Notes under the pieces: generated by a model
Database searches by the model: none
The model's input: only the letters and a program-made list of their open reading frames with translations
What the model was told of the DNA's origin: nothing
From: Eledone cirrhosa
Lineage: Eukaryota
Direction of reading: 5' to 3'
DNA: 64,000 bases
Assembly: GCA_964016885.1 (NCBI GenBank)
Contig: OZ024743.1
Location: 88,474,001 to 88,538,000, forward strand
Program-made: the position numbers and the translations under genes
In this document: piece by piece, positions 35,315 to 49,287 of the stretch
Layout: every line of letters starts with the position of its first letter
Numbering within the stretch: position 1 is the first letter of the stretch

Positions 35315-35965
35315 TGTATACACACATTCTACACAATGCAAATTGACTGGAACGAATAAAAACAAGAGTTGATTCCTGCCGAGTCATCTTCACCACCTTC
35401 ACACACTGAAACAAACAAACACACACACAGTGGTAATCATGTTTGTATGTATGTTCTCCATGCCATATAATAACTACTACCTCTGCATGTAGCATTCATT
35501 CATTTCAATAGTCGGCTTCGGCTTTTCCCTGCTATATGCCATCCATTTATTCAGGCTATCTACTTGTACACACTTAAATCCTACCATACCTTCCTCCACA
35601 CACTGGCTTATGAATGAATATGCTGCCTTCGCTCTAATTTAACGTGTTGTAGAAGTAGAGGCGGGCAAGCTGTTCCACATTTGGCAGCAGTGATGGTGAT
35701 GATGGTGTGTATATATAGATATATTATTTATATAATGAGAGGGAAGTAATTTGATTGAAGTGGAATATTGAGAAAAGTTTTCAATTGATATTCTCGGGTA
35801 TGTTGAGAGTTGATCTACTGAACACGTTGTCTCTCTGATCATATATATATATATATAAGTATTAAGTTGTTAAACAATATTCGATGATTATGTCAAAGAA
35901 TGAGTTTTACAGTAGATTGGAAGCACTCAACGGGAAATCATTTTCAGGAGTATGTCATGTATCAT

Positions 35966-36018
35966 ATTTTGTCTAATGAGGACGTACTGTTGTACATCCG
36001 AAATATGAATAATAAAAT
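35966..36018 (+). ncRNA. Degenerate type I hammerhead motif
   Basis: attttgt-CTAATGA-ggacgtac(tgtt)gtacatcc-GAAA-tatgaata-ataaaat: stems I and II present; G5 is mutated to A. Confidence 0.55.
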
Positions 36019-36049
36019 GTAATTGATCATAAGAACATCTATTTTATTA

Positions 36050-36052
36050 ATA

Positions 36053-36098
<46 letters not shown>

Positions 36099-36327
36099 CA
36101 TGCGTGTCTACATATATATGCCTACGAGTACGCTGAGATACAACCGGTCCGTCAACTCATTATTATATATATGCGTGTGCATATATATGCGTGTGCATAT
36201 ATATATGCGTGTGCATATATGTGTGTATATATATATATATAGGCATGCGCGTGTGTGTGTATATATATATGCATGCGCGCGCGCGTGTATATATATATGC
36301 ATGCGCGCGTGTGTGTATATATATATG

Positions 36328-36380
<53 letters not shown>
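36050..36380. repeat. Compound (TA)/(TG)/(CG) alternating purine-pyrimidine tract
   Basis: Direct reading. Confidence 0.9.
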
Positions 36381-36382
<2 letters not shown>

Positions 36383-36705
36383 CAGTTGTTTATTTAATGA
36401 ACTCTAGGAAAGCAGTACTGGTGGGAGTTTTATTCGTTCCACAAGGCATCACACTTTAGTTTTAATTCCTTCCACATCTAATTTAGAACCCCACTCCCGA
36501 TTTCAACAAATCCTGCTGCCCGCTCCACAAACAACTTTCATCTCTCCATATCTTCTTTATTGCCAGGAACTTGTAAATATATCAATGTCGTTTCCCTCCT
36601 ATTTTGGAACAAAAGAAAACAACAAAAATATTATCATCTCTGCCTATTGGATATTCACCGCAATAGCAATATATTTGCCTTCACCTAAACAAAAACAAAC
36701 AAAAC

Positions 36706-36742
<37 letters not shown>

Positions 36743-39700
36743 CCATCATTTATTTTATGTTGCACATTAAACTAGTCATGCTCATCGTTTATCAAATGTT
36801 TACATATCTTCCTACCTTCTAGAAAGTTCCCAGTCCCTGCCGCCGCCATCATCACTTCACTATATACCATCAAGTACATGTTCATCTTGCATGACACTTT
36901 ATAAAACTCCCAGCGCCCATACTATTATGATCCGTTGATTATTTCTCGTTATTTGATGTTGAGATGTCTCATCTGAACATATAAACAAATGAATTACGAT
37001 AGTGTAAAGAAATAAAGATTTGTTTTAGTGGGTCAATCAATCATCCTAGCTAGACATTATATTACAGCCAGTCCACCACCACCACTGTTCTACAGCTTCT
37101 TAAGACGAAATCACACAACACTCTCCTTGCCCAGAAGCCATGAGACAGCCATGCCGAGAATTATAGATTTTATACAACTTTCAGCTTACGAAAACATCAC
37201 TTGCCATAAAGCAATTAATAAATATATAACACCGAGATTATTTAATTGGATTGATTTACTAAAACTTTACAACTTCCCCATTTCATCGGTTCAATTGATC
37301 AGCAAACCTTTGTTCCAATTTTTTAAAGAAAAAAAAAGTCTAATCTATTCTCACCACGCCATATTTTGTTGTTTTTCTTTCGTGAACTATATTTGTTACA
37401 CAAAGGGATAGTGCTTGTAGCTAGGCGAATGCCTTTCATAGGAGACGAGACAATAGCCAATTTCAATGAATGCTTTTAGTGATTAGCGGCAAAAAATAAA
37501 TTATCGTATACATTTTATGAAGTTTACAACAGATCGACTTAGATTTATGCAGGAAACCTGACTAGAAAAGGAGGAATTTAGCTGGATGAGAGGACAATTA
37601 TATATTGAAAAAAAGAATAAAAAAGTGTCAATAATTGAAACTTATATAGGTCGTATATTGATCAAGACATTTTAGTACTAAATCCACCACTAAATGGCTT
37701 TTTACACACTGATGCCTGGTTTTCAATCTGCCGTTTCACCATTTTTAAAGCACTTTTTTTTTATTGTTATGAATTAAAAATTGGTTCTTATCATTTATTA
37801 ATTTTATGGATACGTTTCAACGACATTAGGCTGGTTTGAAGCAAGCTAGCTAAGCAGCACTAAAATATGCTAGTCATCAACATAGGTGGTTTTATGCGAT
37901 CTAAGAGTGTGATGTAAGGTGCAAAAGTGTCTCCTTCTTCTTCTTTAGTTTGTGTGACTAACAAGATCACATTCACTGCTAGCTTCCACCATCATCGGAT
38001 GTAGGAAGCTGAACTCAGCATATATCTCTGTCTTTCTATTTCTCTCTCCATGGAATACTGCTACCCGACCGCCGGCATTTAGCCGTCATCCATTAAGCAG
38101 GTATTTTTAATCCCACTCCCTCTAACCATTTTAATTGTGTTATTTCTATTTTTAAACGGTTTCCGGATTTTTGTTTTGAATATCAGCGATTCAGATTCTG
38201 CAAATAAATTTCTTTTATAATTTTTTTAAAGCAATATAAAAATACTTTAAGAAACTCAATAAGGTATATTAATCCAGTGTATTTATAAATGTATTTATGT
38301 ATTAACAATTTACGTCCGCTTTCCATGCTGGCATTTACATGAATAAAGAACATGCATTTCTTATAAGAGTTGTTCGAATGGGAAATGGACAGAGAAAACC
38401 TCTCCAAGGTAGGAATCTGGTAGAGTTATTGCTGTCCCCGCCTCCTTCTTGTTGCATCTCTTTGCAGAATTCCATCCAGGTTACCTCAACGTGACTAAGA
38501 CGGTGTGACATGATCTACCTACGACATTGGTACTCTGCTTGACAGCATTAAATGGCGTGTTTATTATACGTTGCTGTCTATCACCACAGATCCCATATAA
38601 CTTATCTGTCGTCCCTGGCAGAAGGAACATATTGTTGCAGAACAGACAAGAGTATCTGCATTTTTGGAATCAACTTCAACTGGAAACTACCACAACTTTG
38701 TTGTTATAAGCTCCATTCCACCGAACAGCCAATATTTTTGACCACATGCCCAATATAATAACTTTCGTTTAAAAACAAAAGATTCATCTATTTCCAAGAA
38801 CCGTCTAACTTCACCCTTGGCAATATGACAGACAACTTCCCATCAACTTGGCTCAAGTAATTTCAGAAGTATTATATTTATCGCTTTTATCATTACGTAT
38901 CCGTGCGGAGAGATGGGCCTTTTGAACATCCCTTTTACACGAAAACCATCATCATGTTTCTGAACCCTGTTACTTGACCATAATCAAGGCCAATGTGGTG
39001 CTGTTTTGATGGGAGGTGTGATGTTATTGTGCTTGATTGAAATCACCACCACCTGATAATTTGATTAAATTCATATTTCAAAAGTATTAGTCTACAAAAT
39101 AATGAAACTAATGTATAATATATATTGTGATGTTTCACTTTTCTAAAAATTAAAAAAAAAAATGTCTCAATGTATTAAATATGAAAATGTAAACAAAATA
39201 TATTTTATATACACAAAAATATTTTCGATATTAGTAGACACGTATTAAAAAAAAAAATATGAAGCAGCTGTGAATTTTTTAAAAACTTTGATTTAAAAAA
39301 AAATGTTGATTCTGATTCTCTGATGTTCAAAGAATATAAAACCCGAAAACCGGTTTTTCTATTGTTTTGAAGGCATATGAAATAGGGATAAGTGCCGCTA
39401 CTTAAACCTAACTTCCTTCTATTTAAACATTTAGTCATCTTCATTTCCATGGATATATATTCACTACAGTGTCACTCTTCAAATGACTTTCATGTTGTTG
39501 ACATCAACCGATGTTTCGATTCTAGAATGTTCTTTCTAAACCTCTTCTCATTGATTACTACAACCTGCAATTTTTTAAAAATTATTATTTTGGAGATCGT
39601 TTAATAGTCAGGTGTGTTTATTATCTATGTACGTCCTCGCTCTCTTTCTCTCTTTCTCTCTGTGACTACACACACGCATATATATACGTATGTAGGCACG

Positions 39701-40387
39701 CACACACGAACAAAGAATCACACATACACATTCGAACACACAGACACAGGACATGGATACAGTCTGATATATAAACACACACACACACACTCACTGACAT
39801 GTGTACATAGAGAGGTCCATCTGATGATATTACAGTGCTTTACTGTTTCCTTAACCATATCGTCTCCATCATCACCTTTCTAAGCTATTTACTGACCACC
39901 TCGCCATTAAAGTACACCACACATTCACCCACATTGTTGTCAACCTTTACTTCTCCACTTCTTTTATTTTATCGCTCGTATTCTTTTTTGTCTCTCTCTC
40001 ACCATACCTTTTTTTAAAATTTCATTACCAGCTCTCTCTCTCTGTTTCTTCTTTCCCCTCTCATCGTCCTAGATAGATGTCTCAGCTGACACTCGTGCAC
40101 GGTAAAGGCATGAGCACCATTGTCACCCTACCTATGCTACTACTACTACTACGTCATGGTTTCATGCATTTATTTATAAACGAAAACATTTGCAGTATTG
40201 CTACTACCAGCATTACCATTAGTTTCTCAATTGTGAGTCTTCTATATCGCCATGCTTTCCAATGTTAGTCAACAATTGATGTGTTAACACATAAATACAC
40301 ACACAGATATCATGTTAGCGTTTGGTACACACACAAAGAGTAATCATACATTTGTATACTATAAACACACACACACACACACAGAGA

Positions 40388-40975
40388 CAGTGTTATTGTC
40401 CAGGTACCTCTATAACAGTACTGTGGTAGGCAGTGTTTTATTGTCCAGATACCTCTATAACTGTACTGTGGTAGGCAGTGTTATTGTCCAGATACCTCTA
40501 TAACTGTACTGTGGTAGGCAGTGTTATTGTCCAGATACCTCTATAACTGTACTGTGGTAGGCAGTGTTTTATTGTCCAGATACCTCTATAACTGTACTGT
40601 GGTAGGCAGTGTTATTGTCCAGATACCTCTATAACTGTACTGTGGTAGGCAGTGTTATTGTCCAGATACCTCTATAACTGTACTGTGGTAGGCAGTGTTA
40701 TTGTCCAGATACCTCTATAACTGTACTGTGGTAGGCAGTGTTATTGTCCAGATACCTCTATAACTCTACTGTGGTAGGCAGTGTTATTGTCCAGATACCT
40801 CTATAACTGTACTGTGGTAGGCAGTGTTTTATTGTCCAGATACCTCTATAACAGTACTGTGGTAGGCAGTGTTTTATTGTCCAGATACCTCTATAACTGT
40901 ACTGTGGTAGGCAGTGTTATTGTCCAGGTACCTCTATAACTGTACTGTGGTAGGCAGTGTTATTGTCCAGGTACC
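40388..40975. repeat. 43/45-bp minisatellite, ~13.5 units
   Basis: cagtgtt(tt)attgtccagatacctctataactgtactgtggtagg in near-perfect tandem. Confidence 0.97.
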
Positions 40976-40989
40976 CCGAGTACCTTACC

Positions 40990-41690
40990 ACAGCCATGTA
41001 GCTACATGACTGTTTTGTTGTAACCACATGTCTGATTCTGTTCTGTTGTAACCACATGTCTGATTCTGTTCTGTTGTAACCACGTTTGTGTGTCTGTTCT
41101 GTTGTAGCTATGTGTTTGTGTATGTTATGCTATAGCCACATGTTTGTGTGTTCTGCTATAACCACATATTTGTGTGTTCTGCTATAACCACATATTTGTG
41201 TGTTCTGCTATAACCACATATTTGTGTGTTCTGCTATAACCACATATTTGTGTGTTCTGCTATAACCACATATTTGTGTGTTCTGCTATAACCACATATT
41301 TGTGTTTTGTTGTAACCACATTTGTGTATCTGTTCAGTTAAGAGCACGTTTTGTGTATGTTCTGTTGTAGCCGCAAGTTTGTGTTTTGTAACCACGGTGT
41401 CTGTTTTGTTATAGCCACATGTGTGTGTGTGTCTGTTTGTGTTTGTAGTAGCCACATGCCTCTCTTCTGTTGTAACCACGTTTGTGTATCTGTTTTACCA
41501 TGGCCACTTTTTTATGTCTGTTTTACCATGGCCACTTTTTTATGTCTGTTCTATTATTGCCACGTTTGTGTTCTGCTGTTGCCATATGTCTATCTGTTTC
41601 GATGTAGCCACATGTTTATGTCTCTTCTGTTGTAAGTGTATCTGTTATGCTATAACCACATGTTTACATGCGCGTTCAGCTACAACTGTG
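40990..41690. repeat. 26-bp minisatellite with a homogeneous core (~41150-41305) and degenerate flanks
   Basis: ctgctataaccacatatttgtgtgtt units. Confidence 0.9.
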
Positions 41691-42089
41691 CAACGTGTAT
41701 TAGATATTCAGATATTTATTAACTCCTTTACCATCACTATTGAGTAGTTGATTCACAACCACCTGTCTTAACAACCCACTCACACACAAGGGACGTAATT
41801 CAGTATTGTTTGTCAATTGCGTTGTGTACTAGAATACCTTTCTATTTAATTGATACTTACACACTTCTGAGAGAGCATTGATTTCTTGCATTTCCTTACT
41901 TATCTTGTCTTATAAATGGTGTATTTCTATAACTCACACGCAGTAATAATAAATACAAAGACCAAAATCAAAAGAGGGCTTGATAAAGGCTGTGTGTGTA
42001 TATATATATAGCTTTAGATTATTCTGCTTAGGGGGAAAGCAGAAATTCTTTCCTTAAACTTTTAATCTATACTAATAATATATATATGT

Positions 42090-43925
42090 ATCATCATCAT
42101 TTAATGTCTATTATCCACGCTAGCATGGCTTTCACGGTTTTGTCCCATTAAAGGTAAGTTGGGTCGGGTGACCGTGTCTTGCTCATATATATATATATAT
42201 ATAATTTAATGTCCACTCTCTCTGTTAGCAAGGGTTGCGGAGCTACTGACCTCCCAGATAGAGATGGAGATGTTTCCGCATTTCATTTACGGTTCTATGT
42301 GCCACCAAGTACATTTTATCGTGGCACCAGCACTAGGTAGGTTGTCATGTCTTTGACACAACTGGTCAACTGGTGGATCTTACAAATCCTTAGTTTAGCA
42401 ACCTTTCTACAGCTGGATGCCCTTCCTGTCACCAACCACTTTACATTGTGTAGTGGGTATATTGATAGAGGAATAGCTAAAGAGTGGTAATGAAGGGGGT
42501 GCACAGGGGTAGAGTGAGTGTGATAGGGATGGTATCTAAGGGGTTTAGAGGGGGGGGGGGAGCTCTGGAAGGTGTATGAATGGGGTGGTGCAGTGGTAGT
42601 GAGGATAGCTTCTAGTGAGTGATAGGGAAGAGGGAGGGACAAAGATGGGTCAGGTCACATTGTATGCATGTGGCTGGGTCTTCATCATCAGCACAGCAGT
42701 CCTCTGTTATCTATATTGTGAGGCTTAGTTTTTTAAGGTTGCTCTTCACTACCTCGTTTTAAGTCTTCCTAGGTCTGCTGCTTTGACGGGTCCCAGCTAC
42801 TGGGATTTCTCTGCATTTCTTTATGCAGCTGCTATCTTCCATACATATCTCATAGCCGTACCAATGCAGTTAATTCTCTTGCACACTACATCCAATTCCT
42901 CTAGTGCTGAGTTTTTCTCTCAATCTCTTCTGCAATGTTGTTCATATGCACTAACATTGTACATCCATTGGAGTATACTATATTCCATTTTTTCCAACCT
43001 TCGCAGGTCTTCTTTGATCAAGGCCCAAATTTGAATATGTATATATACGAGGAATTTTGGTAAAGTTTATATGCATTTTTTCTTCTAACTTATATTTTAG
43101 ACTTAGCTTCGTTTAATTGATTATTTGTCTAGTTAATTTCTACGGGCTAAAAGGAATGACTAGATAAATTTTATCTGACTGTTCCTCGTGGAAAATAGTA
43201 TCATTTGTCTATTATTTCTTCATAGTTACATTTTAAACTTATAGCCTCGTTTAAATGATTATTTATCTGGTTGGTTTCTATGGACTAGGGTGAAGAAAAT
43301 CTGGGTATATTTTATCTAATAATTCTTCAAACTTGCAATTTTATCATCATTTTACGTCCGCTTTTCCCTGCTTTTCCTATATATACATATATATACATAC
43401 ATACAGGCCTTTGCAGATCAAGACGAAAGCTAGAATATAGCACCTTACATCTAGCTATAAATTTCTTGTAGTTGCCTCACTAAGAAGAGGACATTGATTG
43501 TACTCCTTCCTGACACACAGCCTGGTTGTCTCTTATCTTAACTAATATGATTATTTTCCTTATCACTTGTGTTAAAACTCTTCCTGGTACTTTCTTTACT
43601 GGATCTTATCAGTTTAATACCTCTAGTTGCTCCTTTCCAGATCACCATTTCCCTTGTAACATTTAATGATTATACCACAATGTCTTTCATTGAGTATGGC
43701 ACTATCATGTAATACATGGTTTACTATTTACAGTGAGCTCTATTTCATCAGATGTTTGCAACATTTCACTAATTGTTTCTGATGGTCTGGTGGCTTTTAC
43801 TTTTTTCATAACCCTTGAGGACCTCTTTGACCATATAACTACCAACTTTGATAGTTGGTTCCTCTGTTGAGTGTACTGGGGAAAGTCCCTCTTCCTGCCA
43901 TTCATCCTCCACATTCAGTATCCTC
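42090..43925 (-). mobile_element. Old fragmented RTE LINE (3' part ~42090-43030; RT part ~43405-43925)
   Basis: Minus strand shows decayed KATRPSETISEML, VRQLQE, LAFV.DL.KA, the C-terminal region and the 3' UTR motif ggaagggcatccagctgtagaa. Confidence 0.7.
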
Positions 43926-44595
43926 TTAGTATACACACACACTTGTATGTATATGTGTGTGTATATACAGATGCCACAAAATGTATCTATGTTTCTATAC
44001 CATTTATAAAACCGTCAGCAGTGACATTGTCTGTGTCCCACTATAAACAATACCTACAGCAGTATCGTGGTCCAACAAACGTTAGTTGTATATCTATCAA
44101 CCATACTTAAATAAAGGAATTTGCATCTGGTGGGATATTTGACTGTAGAAAGCCTGTCTGAAGAAGTCCCATCCTGACCCATGCAAGCAAGGAAAAAGCA
44201 GACCTGAAAACCTGCCAGATAGTCCTATACGAGCGAGACATGGTCACCTGACCAATCTTGCCTCCAGTGGGACAACCCCCGTCTAATCCATGCTAGTGTG
44301 GAAGATACATTAAAAGATGATGATGAATTATATATATATAGTGAGTGTGATATGCAGCAAATTGGCAGACATTAGAACGTTAGATAGAATGAATGCTTTG
44401 CGGTATTCATTCTGGCTCCTTCGGTTCAAATTTGGCCGAGGTCAACTTTGCCTTTCATCATTTCGGAGGGTGATTTTTCTTTCTCTGTTTCTCTTTCTCA
44501 TTTACTCTCTTTTGCTTTCTCTTTCCTTTAATAGAAAAAAAAATCAACTGTGTTCCAATCTGGTCTATACAAATATATATATATATATATATATC

Positions 44596-44924
44596 TCATC
44601 ATCATCATCATAGTCTGCTTTTCCCTGCTTGCAAGGGTGGGACGGGAACTGATTCTGGCTTGATTTCTACAGCTGGATGCCCTTAACACCAACCTCATTT
44701 ACAGTGAGTGCTGGGTGTTTTTTTGGCGTGGCACCTCCACGACCACTTTACAGTGGAATGATATGGACCTCAGTGCCTATCATCTCATTTCTACAGCTGA
44801 GTAAACTGGAGCAATGTGAAATAAAGTGTCTTGCTCAAGGAAACAACACATCACCCGGGCTGAGAATTGAACTCACAATCTTTCGTTTGCAAGGCCAATG
44901 CTCTAACCACTAAGCCATATGCCT
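44596..44924 (-). mobile_element. Full-length CORE-type SINE with RTE tail
   Basis: Reverse complement of 21852-22190. Confidence 0.88.
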
Positions 44925-44951
44925 ATATATATATATATATATATATATATT

Positions 44952-46012
44952 CGTTTAACGTCCATTTTCCACGCTAGCATGGGTTAGACCATGTCTTGCT
45001 CATACAGGACTATCTGGCAGGTTTTTTACGGCTGGATGCCCTTCCTAACACCAACCACATTTACAGTGTGGAACTGGGAACTTTTTACTGTGTTACCTAC
45101 ACGGCCACATTACAGCGTGGACTGTGTGTTTTTTGTCGTGACACACCTATACGAGCTCGATCTCATTTTCTCGTGCTGTTGGTGGGAGTGGGAGGATAGG
45201 GTAGGGGTAGTGGATTGGGGTGTATATTTGGTTAAGAGGTGCCTACTGACTGTAGGTTTCACTTTGTACATAAGCAAGGCAGCTCTTATGTATTACTGCG
45301 TAGCGCCAAAGATCTCGGTCCAGAGACATTGTCTTAGAGAGATGTAAGTGTGTGAGGTCGGAATTTATCAGATCATCCCAGGTTTTTCTGGGTCTACCTA
45401 CTCCGTAACTACCATCAATTTTGATCGCCCTGCATTTTTTTATGCAGCTGTCTTTCATGCGCATCACGTGACCATACCAATGTAGTCTTCTCTTAAGTAA
45501 ACAGCATCTGATCCCTCTTATTCCTAATTTCACACTTAGTTCATTTATACATGCATGCTTCGTTCTTTTCCAGTCTGCGCAGGTCCTCTGCACGCAATGC
45601 CCATGTCGCACTGCCATGTAGCAGTGCTGTTCGTATACAGGCATCATACAATCTGCCTTTCACTGTTAGAGAGAAACCTTTTGTGGCCAACAGCGGTATA
45701 AGCTCTCTGAACTTTTTCCATCCCGTTCTGACTCTGGCTACTGTACTTTCAGAACACCACCACTGCTGATTTCGTCACCCAGGTAACGGAAAGTGTCTAC
45801 TATTTCTATAGAACCATCTGGGCAATAGAAGGAGCTAGTATCCTTTGGACACTTGCTACTTATTGCACCTGAGAATTGGCCACATATAAAGTCTACGTTC
45901 TTAGATAGTTGACTCGTGATCCCACTATATCTTTTATGTACCCATACTTTGCATTTGGGACATAAAATGGAATTTCTGCCTACTCCTTTCCTACACACTG
46001 AGCATGGCCATT
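44952..46012 (-). mobile_element. 5'-truncated RTE LINE beginning at the PHD finger
   Basis: KWPCSVCRKGVGRNSILCPKCKVWVHKR...; frameshifted; 3' UTR present. Confidence 0.92.
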
Positions 46013-46379
46013 TATATATATATAAAATCATTTAGCATCTGCAAGAACTATTTGTAAAAATTTTGCTATAGTGCTCAAATGAGTTAAGCATCAGCTGAAC
46101 ATATATTTGGTGTAAGTTCTAAGCAGTTTGGCTATATTATCACGTACAATTATTATTATTATGTGATTAATGGGTATAATTAAATTCCATGTTCTGCTCA
46201 TTAAATATATTTACTAATAAAGAAACTCTTATACAATATTTGGAAGAATATGTTTACAGCCATGAAAACTGTACCAAGAAGATTTGTTGGAATTTGTCCA
46301 GGTTGCTTTTTATCTAAACAGAATACACACATTCACTCACAGTGGATGTTTATAATTATAGCGTCTCTTAAAACAACTC

Positions 46380-46580
46380 CTAAGTGCCATATCTCTTCAA
46401 AACTTAACCCATAAGTGCCATAGTGTCTTCAAAACTTAACCCATTAGTAGCAGTGTCTCCCCAAACTTACCCCGTAAGTGGCATAGTATCTTCAAAACTT
46501 AGCCAATAACTGCTGGTGTTTTCAAAACTTAACCCATTAGTGGTAGTCTCCCCACAATTTACCCCATAAGTGGCAGTCTA
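46380..46580. repeat. ~30-32-bp degenerate minisatellite
   Basis: caaaacttaacccataagtgccatagtgtctt, about 6 units. Confidence 0.8.
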
Positions 46581-46661
46581 CTATACAAAGTTTTTCATGC
46601 TTGTAATAGTGAAATGAATAATTCAAATTTATGGATTAATCACTGGAAGGGTGGTACTAAT

Positions 46662-48370
46662 TTCAGGTGTGGCTATGATTTAGCATAGTTCAGGTGTGGC
46701 TGTAATTTATCGTAGTTCAGGTGTGACTGTAATTTAACATAATTAAGGTGTGGCTATGATTTAGCATAGTTTAGGTGTGGCTATGATTTAGTATAGTTCA
46801 GGTGTGGCTGAAATTTAGCATAGTTCAGGTGTGGCTGTAATTTAACATAATTAAGGTGTGGCTATGATTTAGCATAGTTCAGGTATGGCTATATGATTTA
46901 GCATAGTTCAGGTGTGGCTGTAATTTAACATAATTAAGGTGTGGCTATGATTTAGTATAGTTCAGGTGTGGCTGTAATTTAACCTAGTTCAGGTGTGGCT
47001 GTAATTTAACCTAGTTCAGGTGTGGCTGTAATTTAACCTAGTTCAGGTGTGGCTATGATTTAGCATAGTTCAGGTGTGGCTGTAATTTAACCTAGTTCAG
47101 GTGTGGCTGTAATTTAACCTAGTTCAGGTGTGGCTATGATTTAGCATAGTTCAGGTGTGGCTGTAATTTAACCTAGTTCAGGTGTGGCTATGATTTAGCA
47201 TAGTTCAGGTGTGGCTATGATTTAGCATAGTTCAGGTGTGGCTGTAATTTAACATAGTTCAGGTGTGGCTGTAATTTAGCATAGTTTAGGTGTGGCTGTA
47301 ATTTAACCTAGTTCAGGTGTGGCTATGATTTAGCATAGTTCAGGTGTGGCTGTAATTTAACCTAGTTCAGGTGTGGCTATGATTTAGCATAGTTCAGGTG
47401 TGGCTGTAATTTAACCTAGTTCAGGTGTGGCTATGATTTAGCATAGTTCAGGTGTGGCTGTAATTTAACATAATTCAGGTGTGGCTATGATTTAGCATAG
47501 TTTAGGTGTGGCTGTAATTTAACCTAGTTCAGGTGGCTATGATTTAGCATAGTTCAGGTGTGGCTGTAATTTAACATAATTCAGGTGTGGCTGTAATTTA
47601 ACATAATTCAGGTGTGGCTGTAATTTAACAATTAAGGTGTGGCTATGATTTAGCATAGTTCAGGTGTGGCTGTAATTTAACATAATTAAGGTGTGGCTAT
47701 GATTTAGCATAGTTCAGGTGTGGCTGTAATTTAGCATAGTTCAGGTATGGCTATGATTTAGCATAGTTCAGGTATGGCTATGATTTAGCATAGTTCAGGT
47801 GTGGCTGTAATTTAGCATAGTTCAGGTGTGGCTGTAATTTAGCATAGTTCAGGTGTGGCTGTAATTTAGCATAGTTCAGGTATGGCTATGATTTAGCATA
47901 GTTCAGGTGTGGCTGTAATTTAACATAATTAAGGTGTGGCTATGATTTAGCATAGTTCAGGTATGGCTGTAATTTAACCTAGTTCAGGTATGGCTGTAAT
48001 TTAACCTAGTTCAGGTGTGGCTGTAATTTAATCTAGTTCAGGTGTGGCTATAATTTAACATAGTTCGGGTGTACTGTAATTTAGCGTAGTTCTGGTGTGA
48101 CAGATATAATAGTTCAGATGTGACTGTCATGAAACATACTTCATGAGTGGCTGTGATGTGACATAGTTCAAGTGTGGCTGATGTAACATAGTTTAGGTGT
48201 GTCTGTGATGTAATACAATTCAGGTGTAACACAATTGAGATGTCTGTGATATAACATATCAGTTGTGACCGATGTAACATAGTTCAAGTGTGACTGATGT
48301 AACATAGTTCAAGTGTGACTGATGTAACACAGTTCAACTGTGACTGTGATGTAACAGTTCAGGTGTGACT
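46662..48370. repeat. 27-bp minisatellite, ~50 conserved units decaying toward 48370
   Basis: ttcaggtgtggct followed by atgatttagcatag or gtaatttaac(c/a)ta(g/a). Confidence 0.97.
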
Positions 48371-49287
48371 ATTGCAACAATCTAGACAGCCTCATATTGA
48401 AATACTTATGTTCCATAATATAGTGGGATTAAGGTAAATTATTGAATGTTTAAGCGATAGTCGTTGATGAACAGATGGTATGTTCTGTAAAGTGGTTGTT
48501 ATTAGGATGGACATCCAGTTGTAGAAATCATGCCCAACATGGAAGATATAAGCAAGACATGGTTTCTTCAACCTGCCTGTCTAGTACCATTTCAATTCCT
48601 GCCATCATGGAAATTGAAAGTAAAATGATGTTAATGGTTTTTAATTATATCAATACTATTGCATCATAACATGTTATGTATATGTCTGCAATAGAGAACA
48701 ACCATTGCATATTGTATATACTCATTTATAAATAAGTTGCATGTTTTTCCCTTGAAAGTATGAAAAACCAGCATGCTACTTACCTACTGGACTTAGTCTT
48801 TACAAATGATATGGTAGAAAATTGAGGTGACTGACCTACTGGACTTTAAAAGTCTGAATATAGATTATATGGACATTGCATAATAAATGTTGTATATAAA
48901 ATTGAGGTATGACTTAGTATACATTGTAAAAGTTGTTTGGAAAATAGAAGTGTGACATGTCAATAGAACAACAAATGTTGCTGTCATAGAGGCCCACATG
49001 GTATTGACAATCCCAGCTGCAGCAACTGCATGTAATGGCATTATCTACCAGTGTGATCAGTGTCCTTTTCACAAAGAATTTGCTTTACTTCAGCAGCTAA
49101 CATCAGCTTCCCCTCTCATCTTTCTTTAGTTTTAGCCTCCATTCCTTTCTATATCAGTATATCTTACTCATCTAACAAGGCCAATCCATGTTATTTGCTA
49201 ATCTTTGCTAAAACAATAATTGATGATAGTGTCTAGCCCTCATATTTCAGTTATCTGTATACAGGAGTCCCAATGGACAACCGGTTT

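Noticed and set aside
36094-36459. IYIY/CVCV-rich ORFs here and at 22178-22563 and 35048-35372
   Set aside because: Translations of dinucleotide microsatellites.
40388-40975. CRISPR-like regular repeat (also 46662-48060)
   Set aside because: Units are contiguous with no unique spacers, there are no cas genes, and the context is eukaryotic.
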